Source: Alkalispirochaeta sp.
GTDB lineage: Bacteria; Spirochaetota; Spirochaetia; DSM-27196; Alkalispirochaetaceae
Direction of reading: 5' to 3'
DNA length: 64,000 bases
Assembly (NCBI GenBank): GCA_965601925.1
Contig: OZ271854.1
Location: 4,288,001 to 4,352,000 of the forward strand
The notes under the pieces are model-generated. The model was not told the origin of the DNA, searched no databases, and was given only the letters and a program-made list of their open reading frames with translations. This document shows positions 58,560 through 64,000 of the stretch, in pieces (the stretch's first letter is position 1; each line of letters starts with the position of its first letter). The translations under genes were made by a program, and so were the position numbers.

Positions 58560-60583
58560 TCAAAACGATCGCCGAGTTACAGCATATCACCTCTTCGTAC
58601 GGCGCCGCGGACCAAGAAAAGATGTCCGCCGCCGCGCGCCTCTCCGAGAAGCTTCACGAGGGGCAGCTGCGCGACTCGGGCGAGCCGTACTTCATCCACC
58701 CGTTGCAGGTCGCCGAGATCCTGATTGAAATGAAGCTCGACGCGGCGACGATCGCGGCGGCGCTCCTGCACGATGTGTTGGAGGACACGATCGTGACGAG
58801 AGCCGAGCTGAAGCGTCAATTCGGTCGCGAGGTAGACAACCTGGTCAACGGTGTGACCAAAATCAACGCCGTCAAAGCGCAAAACAAGAGCGTCCAAGAG
58901 TCCGAGACGATCCGCAAGATGCTCATTGCAATGGTCAAGGACGTGCGCGTCATACTCATCAAGCTCGCCGACAAGCTGCATAATATGCGCACCCTCAAGT
59001 ACAAAGCGGGTCCGCGGCGCCGCGAGATAGCGCAAGAGACGCTTGATATCTACGCTCCCCTTGCCGGACGACTGGGGATCAGCTGGCTCAAGGACGAACT
59101 CGAGGATCTGTCGCTCAAACATCTGCACCCGGATGTCTATCGCACGATCAAGGAGCAGGTATCCGACAAGCGGCAGGGACGTTCGAACTACCTCACTCGC
59201 GTCCAGGCGGCTATCCGCAAGGCTGCGCGCGAGGAGGGTGTCGCGGTCGTCGTGGAGAGCCGCGCCAAGCACTTCTACAGCATCTATCTGAAAATGAAGC
59301 GCTACGGCAAGGAACTCAACGAGATCTACGATCTCCTCGGTATTCGTATTCTGTGCGACACGACCAACGAGTGCTATCAGATTCTGGGGTTGGTACACCG
59401 ATTGTGGCCGCCGATCGAAGGGCGCTTCAAAGACTACATCGCCATGCCCAAGGCCAACCAATATCAGAGCCTTCACACCTCGGTTCTGGGGTTCGGGGGC
59501 AAGATCATCGAGATTCAGATCCGGACGCACGGTATGCACCGGACCGCAGAGTTCGGCGTCGCGGCCCACTGGCTGTACAAGCGGGGACTCACGCAGAATC
59601 AGGTGAAGCCGGGCGATCTGACGATTATGCATCGCGTCCGCGATCTCAAGGATGCGCGTATCACCTCCGACGAGTTTTTGGAGGAGATCAAGCGTGAGAT
59701 ATTGCGCGACTCGATCTACGTTTTTACGCCGAAGGGCGACGCCATCCAGCTCCCGAAGGGCGCGACGGCGATCGACTTTTCCTATCACATTCACACCGAG
59801 GTCGGTCACCACACCGTGGGCGCCAAAGCGGACGGAGCGATCATCCCTCTTAAGGAACCGCTTAAGAATACGCAGGTCATCGAGATCCTGACCAATCCCA
59901 ATTCGCATCCGCATCTCAACTGGCTACGATACGCCCATACGTCGCGGGCGCGCTCGAAGATCCGCGCGTGGCTCAACAAACACGACGAGACGCTCATCAT
60001 CAATCAGAACATCGTCGCGCGGAAGACCGAACGCCCGCCCCACGGCGGTACCCACGGCCGTTCATCGACGGGACGCCCCGATACGAAGCGCCGACCTTCC
60101 AAAGAAACATCGGCCATCCTGGATCAGCACAAGGTCGAAATTCGCGTCGGCAAAGAGCGCAATCTCATGATCCGTTTCGCTCAGTGCTGCAAACCGCGCA
60201 CGGGCGACGATATCGTCGGATATGTGTCTCGCGGCCGGGGAATCATCATTCACAAGCGCGACTGCCGCAGCTTGCAGAGTATCTCCGACGTGGATGAGCG
60301 GCTCATCGACGTCGAATGGGAGACGGTCTCTCCCAAGGCGACGCATCGGTTCCGTGTCGTGGCGCGGCGCACGAATGATCTGTTCAGCGAAATTGAGGGG
60401 GCTGTGCGTAAGATTCACGGACACTTGATAGAGGGGCGTATCGACGAGACGGGGCCGGACACCCTGGACGCCAGTTTCACACTCGAGGTGGAACGTCGCC
60501 AGGATCTTCGCAAAATCACCAAGTGCATACGCGCGATTCCGGCGGTGATGAGCCTCCACAACGTACCGCGCGACAGACATTGA
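58556..60583 (+). CDS. rel: Bifunctional (p)ppGpp synthetase/hydrolase (long RSH)
   Basis: RDSGEPYFIHP, HD motif LLHDVLED, RFKDYI, YQSLHT, TGS domain (FTPKG), CC motif and ACT-like tail. Confidence 0.96.
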   Translation: MIKTIAELQHITSSYGAADQEKMSAAARLSEKLHEGQLRDSGEPYFIHPLQVAEILIEMKLDAATIAAALLHDVLEDTIVTRAELKRQFGREVDNLVNGVTKINAVKAQNKSVQESETIRKMLIAMVKDVRVILIKLADKLHNMRTLKYKAGPRRREIAQETLDIYAPLAGRLGISWLKDELEDLSLKHLHPDVYRTIKEQVSDKRQGRSNYLTRVQAAIRKAAREEGVAVVVESRAKHFYSIYLKMKRYGKELNEIYDLLGIRILCDTTNECYQILGLVHRLWPPIEGRFKDYIAMPKANQYQSLHTSVLGFGGKIIEIQIRTHGMHRTAEFGVAAHWLYKRGLTQNQVKPGDLTIMHRVRDLKDARITSDEFLEEIKREILRDSIYVFTPKGDAIQLPKGATAIDFSYHIHTEVGHHTVGAKADGAIIPLKEPLKNTQVIEILTNPNSHPHLNWLRYAHTSRARSKIRAWLNKHDETLIINQNIVARKTERPPHGGTHGRSSTGRPDTKRRPSKETSAILDQHKVEIRVGKERNLMIRFAQCCKPRTGDDIVGYVSRGRGIIIHKRDCRSLQSISDVDERLIDVEWETVSPKATHRFRVVARRTNDLFSEIEGAVRKIHGHLIEGRIDETGPDTLDASFTLEVERRQDLRKITKCIRAIPAVMSLHNVPRDRH

Positions 60584-60672
60584 CCGTCGCCTCGACGCAT
60601 CACCGTCCGGTGAATCGTACCGAGGTTCCGTTTCAAGGCGTTGCCGTCCGCGACGATTATTACACTTTTTTG

Positions 60673-60723
60673 TTGACAACCAATCATATCCGCCTCATGA
60701 TAACGATTGTGCAAAGGTTTGCA
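60673..60723 (+). promoter_or_regulatory. Promoter and LacI-type operator upstream of the LacI gene
   Basis: TTGACA(60673)-17-CATGAT, overlapped and followed by GATAACGATTGT-GCAAAGGTTTGCA. Confidence 0.7.
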
Positions 60724-60737
60724 AGGATAAGCAGTCT

Positions 60738-61736
60738 ATGGCGTCGATGAAAGATGTGGCGCGACTTGCCGGCGTATCGGTGTCTACCGTCTCCAGGGCT
60801 ATCAGCGGCAACATCACCGTTGATCCCTCTACAAAGCGTCGCGTGTTACAAGCTATTGAGAAGACGGACTATCGCCCCAACCTCCTCGCACAGGGGTTGC
60901 GGCTGCGAAACAGCAACACCATCGGACTTGTTCTACCCGCTCTGGTGCACGAAGCCTTCGCGACGTTTCTGAAGTATGTCGAAGCGGAATGCGCACACCA
61001 TGGATACTTGCTTGCCGTCGGTAACACGCACAGCGATGCGGGGCGCGAAGAAGAGTTCATTCAACAGCTCCTACAACGCAATGTAGACGGCATCGTGTTG
61101 TCCCGCGTTTCCGACTATAGCCGCGTGTTCAAAATGATTGAGCGGCAGAGCGTGAAGGCCGTTCTCCTAGACCGGCGGTGTGAAAACGATCAACTTCCGT
61201 CGGTCGAGGTAGATAACGTCGACGCGGGCCGCGTCGCGGCGGAACACCTCATCGAGAGGGGACACCGCGCAATCGCGATGATTACGGGGCCTCAATCGGT
61301 ATGGTTATCGCGCGAGAGAACGACGGGATTTACCGATCGACTTCTCGACGAGGGAATCGCCATAGACCCAAGAAACATCGTCGAAGGCGACTTCGATTTT
61401 CCCTCCGGTGTCGAGGCTGCACGATTGCTTCTGGAAAAAGGGGCCCCGTTCACGGCGGTGTGGGCGCAGTCGGACCTCATGGCGATCGGCTTTCTTCACG
61501 AGATGCAGCGCCGCAAGATCTCCGTTCCGGCGGACATCTCCGTTATAGGAATGGACGACATTGCCCCGGCGCATATGTCGTGGCCACCCCTTACAACGAT
61601 CGCGCAGCCCTTCGAAGAAATGGGCCGTAGGGCGGTCGACCTTATCACCAGCATGATAGAAGCGGACGAAGTGATCTATAAACGCTCGATTCTCGATACG
61701 CGCCTCGTCGAGCGCGAGAGTGTGCGGAGCGTCTGA
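60738..61736 (+). CDS. LacI family transcriptional regulator
   Basis: MKDVARLAGVSVSTVSR, YRPNLLAQGL and PPLTTIAQP. Confidence 0.96.
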   Translation: MASMKDVARLAGVSVSTVSRAISGNITVDPSTKRRVLQAIEKTDYRPNLLAQGLRLRNSNTIGLVLPALVHEAFATFLKYVEAECAHHGYLLAVGNTHSDAGREEEFIQQLLQRNVDGIVLSRVSDYSRVFKMIERQSVKAVLLDRRCENDQLPSVEVDNVDAGRVAAEHLIERGHRAIAMITGPQSVWLSRERTTGFTDRLLDEGIAIDPRNIVEGDFDFPSGVEAARLLLEKGAPFTAVWAQSDLMAIGFLHEMQRRKISVPADISVIGMDDIAPAHMSWPPLTTIAQPFEEMGRRAVDLITSMIEADEVIYKRSILDTRLVERESVRSV

Positions 61737-61757
61737 TGATGTATTGTAGGTCACATA

Positions 61758-61783
61758 TGCAAACGATTGTGCAAACGATTGCG
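61758..61783 (+). promoter_or_regulatory. Tandem LacI-type operator before the ABC ATPase
   Basis: TGCAAACGATTGT-GCAAACGATTGCG, two 12-bp-spaced copies of the A-A-A-C-G-A-T-T core. Confidence 0.7.
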
Positions 61784-61800
61784 AACGAAGGACGGCGGCG

Positions 61801-63354
61801 TTGACCACACAATACGCTTTGAGGATGAACGGTATAACCAAACGCTTCCCCGGCGTGCTGGCTTTGGACAAAGTCAGCATTGCCGTCCGCGTCGGTACGG
61901 TTCACGCCCTCATGGGAGAGAACGGCGCGGGAAAGTCAACGTTGATGAAGGTACTTTCCGGGTTGTACCAGCCCGACGAGGGCGAGATTCGTCTTCACGG
62001 TCGCCCCGTACGCGTGGGCGAGGCGAGAGCCGCTCTGGGGCTCGGTATCGCGATGGTCCATCAAGAGCTCAGCCCGATACCGGATATGACCGTTGGGGAG
62101 AACATCTTCTTGCAACGAGAGCCGCTCCATACCTTCCTTCGGATCGTGGATCGGAAGACCATGAATCGAAAGACCGATGAACTATTCCACCGTCTCGATG
62201 TGCGTATTGATCCCCGCAGGAAGATGCGACAACTGAGCGTCGCCGAGGCTCAAATGGTCGAGATCGCCAAGGCGCTCTCCTATGACGCAACGCTCATCAT
62301 TATGGATGAGCCCACCTCCGCAATTACCGATCAAGAAGTCGACAACCTTTTTCGCGTTATCCGTAGCTTCCGGAAAGACGGTATCAGCTTCGTCTACATC
62401 TCGCACAAGATGGATGAGGTATTTGAGATCGCCGACGAAATAACCGTCCTGCGGGACGGTCGCCTCATCGGCACAAATCCCGTGTCCGAGGTCGACCACG
62501 ACGCCTTGGTTCGCATGATGGTAGGTCGCGAGGTGTCCGACTACTTTCCGAAGGAGCCGACTGCGCTTGGCGACGAAGCGCTATCCGTTCGAGAGCTGAC
62601 GCGCGACGGCGAGTTTACCGACATATCGTTCTCCGTTTGCCGTGGCGAAATCTTCGGTATTGCGGGTCTCATGGGGGCGGGCAGAACCGAGCTTGCGGAG
62701 TGTATCTTCGGCGCTACAAGCGCCGATAGCGGTGAAATTAGGATGCACGGTCAAGAGCTCGCCATCACCTCCCCGTCCGACGCGATACAGCGGGGGATTG
62801 CCCTCGTAACGGAAGACCGCAAACTCAAAGGTCTCAATCTCAAGGCGTCCGTTCGAGATAATCTCACGCTCGTAAATCTCGACGAATATCTCCTGTTTGG
62901 CGGTGTCGTCAACAAAAGGCGGGAGGCTGCGGATGTAGGCCGTATGGTCGCATCGCTATCGATTAGAACTCCGTCGGCCCAACAGCTCGTGGATTTCTTG
63001 AGTGGAGGAAATCAACAGAAGGTCGTCATCGGTAAGTGGCTACTCAAGAACCCGGAGATACTCATTATGGACGAACCGACGCGGGGCATCGACGTCGGCG
63101 CAAAGACGGAAATCTACAAACTCATGAACAGCATCGTCGCGTCGGGCAAGGCAATCATCATGATTTCCTCCGAACTACCGGAGCTTTTGGGCATGTGTGA
63201 CCGGATTATGGTGATGTCCCAGGGTCGCGCGACCGCGATATACGAACGCAGGGAGTTCGATCAGGAGAAGATCTTGGCCAGTGCGATGAAACAACACCTT
63301 CGCGCTCCCGCCGAGGCCGATGATGTCGTACGCACAATAGAGGAATCACCATGA
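61801..63354 (+). CDS. Monosaccharide ABC transporter ATP-binding protein (RbsA/MglA-like, two ABC domains)
   Basis: GENGAGKST, IMDEPT, GLMGAGRTE, LSGGNQQKV and DEPTRGIDVGAK. Confidence 0.95.
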   Translation: MTTQYALRMNGITKRFPGVLALDKVSIAVRVGTVHALMGENGAGKSTLMKVLSGLYQPDEGEIRLHGRPVRVGEARAALGLGIAMVHQELSPIPDMTVGENIFLQREPLHTFLRIVDRKTMNRKTDELFHRLDVRIDPRRKMRQLSVAEAQMVEIAKALSYDATLIIMDEPTSAITDQEVDNLFRVIRSFRKDGISFVYISHKMDEVFEIADEITVLRDGRLIGTNPVSEVDHDALVRMMVGREVSDYFPKEPTALGDEALSVRELTRDGEFTDISFSVCRGEIFGIAGLMGAGRTELAECIFGATSADSGEIRMHGQELAITSPSDAIQRGIALVTEDRKLKGLNLKASVRDNLTLVNLDEYLLFGGVVNKRREAADVGRMVASLSIRTPSAQQLVDFLSGGNQQKVVIGKWLLKNPEILIMDEPTRGIDVGAKTEIYKLMNSIVASGKAIIMISSELPELLGMCDRIMVMSQGRATAIYERREFDQEKILASAMKQHLRAPAEADDVVRTIEESP

Positions 63355-64000
63355 CACCACGAGAGATGGCAAACACTGCCAAAAAATACGGAATCTATAT
63401 CGGTTTTTTTCTTTTATGTATCGTATTGGCGATTCTCTCACCGACCTTTCTCAATCCACGGAACATCGTCAATATCCTTCGTCAGACATCGATAAACGGC
63501 GTGCTTGCGATCGGGATGACCTTCGTCATTATTACCGGCGGCATCGATTTGTCGGTGGGCTCCGTCGTCGCCCTTTCGGCCGTTATCTCGGCGACATTTG
63601 CGCAAGAGGCCAACGGTCTTCCGTTGGTCGTCCCCGTGTTTATGGCTTTACTTGTTGGCTCGACCTGCGGCCTCACGAACGGCTTGTTGATCGCGAAGAC
63701 GCGAATAGCCCCGTTCGTCGCGACCCTTGGAATGATGACGATCGCCAGAGGGCTGGCTCTTGTTACCTCCGCCGGTAGGCCCGTCATCAGTCTTTCGGAG
63801 AGCTACCGAATCTTAGGACGAGGCACCTTCCTCGGCATGCCGGTCCCGGTACTGCTCTTTCTTCTCGCCCTCGGCACCGGTTACTTCGTATTAACCCAGA
63901 CCCGATTCGGCCGCCACGTCTACGCGCTCGGCGGTAATGAGCTGTCGGCCAAGTATTCCGGCGTCCGCATAACTCGCGTGCAAATACTCGTCTACGTTAT
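63351..64000 (+). CDS. Monosaccharide ABC transporter permease (RbsC-like), runs off the right edge
   Basis: My translation from ATG 63351 gives ...FLNPRNIVNILRQTSINGVLAIGMTFVIITGGIDLSVGS...PFVATLGMMTIARG...TRFGRHVYALGGN. Confidence 0.92.
   Translation, partial: MTPREMANTAKKYGIYIGFFLLCIVLAILSPTFLNPRNIVNILRQTSINGVLAIGMTFVIITGGIDLSVGSVVALSAVISATFAQEANGLPLVVPVFMALLVGSTCGLTNGLLIAKTRIAPFVATLGMMTIARGLALVTSAGRPVISLSESYRILGRGTFLGMPVPVLLFLLALGTGYFVLTQTRFGRHVYALGGNELSAKYSGVRITRVQILVYV

Overview
GC-rich bacterial chromosomal segment, almost certainly from a free-living spirochaete (Spirochaetaceae-like), judging by the spiro-SPASM protein, the UPF0164 protein and the giant HAMP-PP2C gene. Most of it is housekeeping or envelope content: a sugar-nucleotide/spiro-SPASM operon, xseAB, the HAMP-PP2C sensor/TPR/UPF0164 cluster, a ktrAB operon, TAXI-TRAP plus ppc, marR-wrbA, ligA, lipA, rhomboid-prfA-prmC-rel, and a LacI-controlled sugar ABC transporter running off the right edge. 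The standout accessory locus is at 25.4-37.1 kb. It encodes a 3117-aa exported protein with 29-residue Trp-periodic helical repeats, Gly/Ala-rich hydrophobic helices, a HExxH zincin motif and a compositionally distinct C-terminal tip, overlapped by a downstream TPR-like lipoprotein gene. This is the architecture of a polymorphic toxin-immunity pair with no recognisable secretion partner nearby. Other signals include apparently pervasive leaderless transcription, a terminator loop carrying a perfect anti-Shine-Dalgarno sequence after lipA, a multiply frameshifted class III nucleotide cyclase, a possible ACG start codon and REP-like co-varying hairpins. I saw no rRNA, tRNA, CRISPR array or intact transposase. 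All family assignments come from motif recognition by eye, not from database searches.
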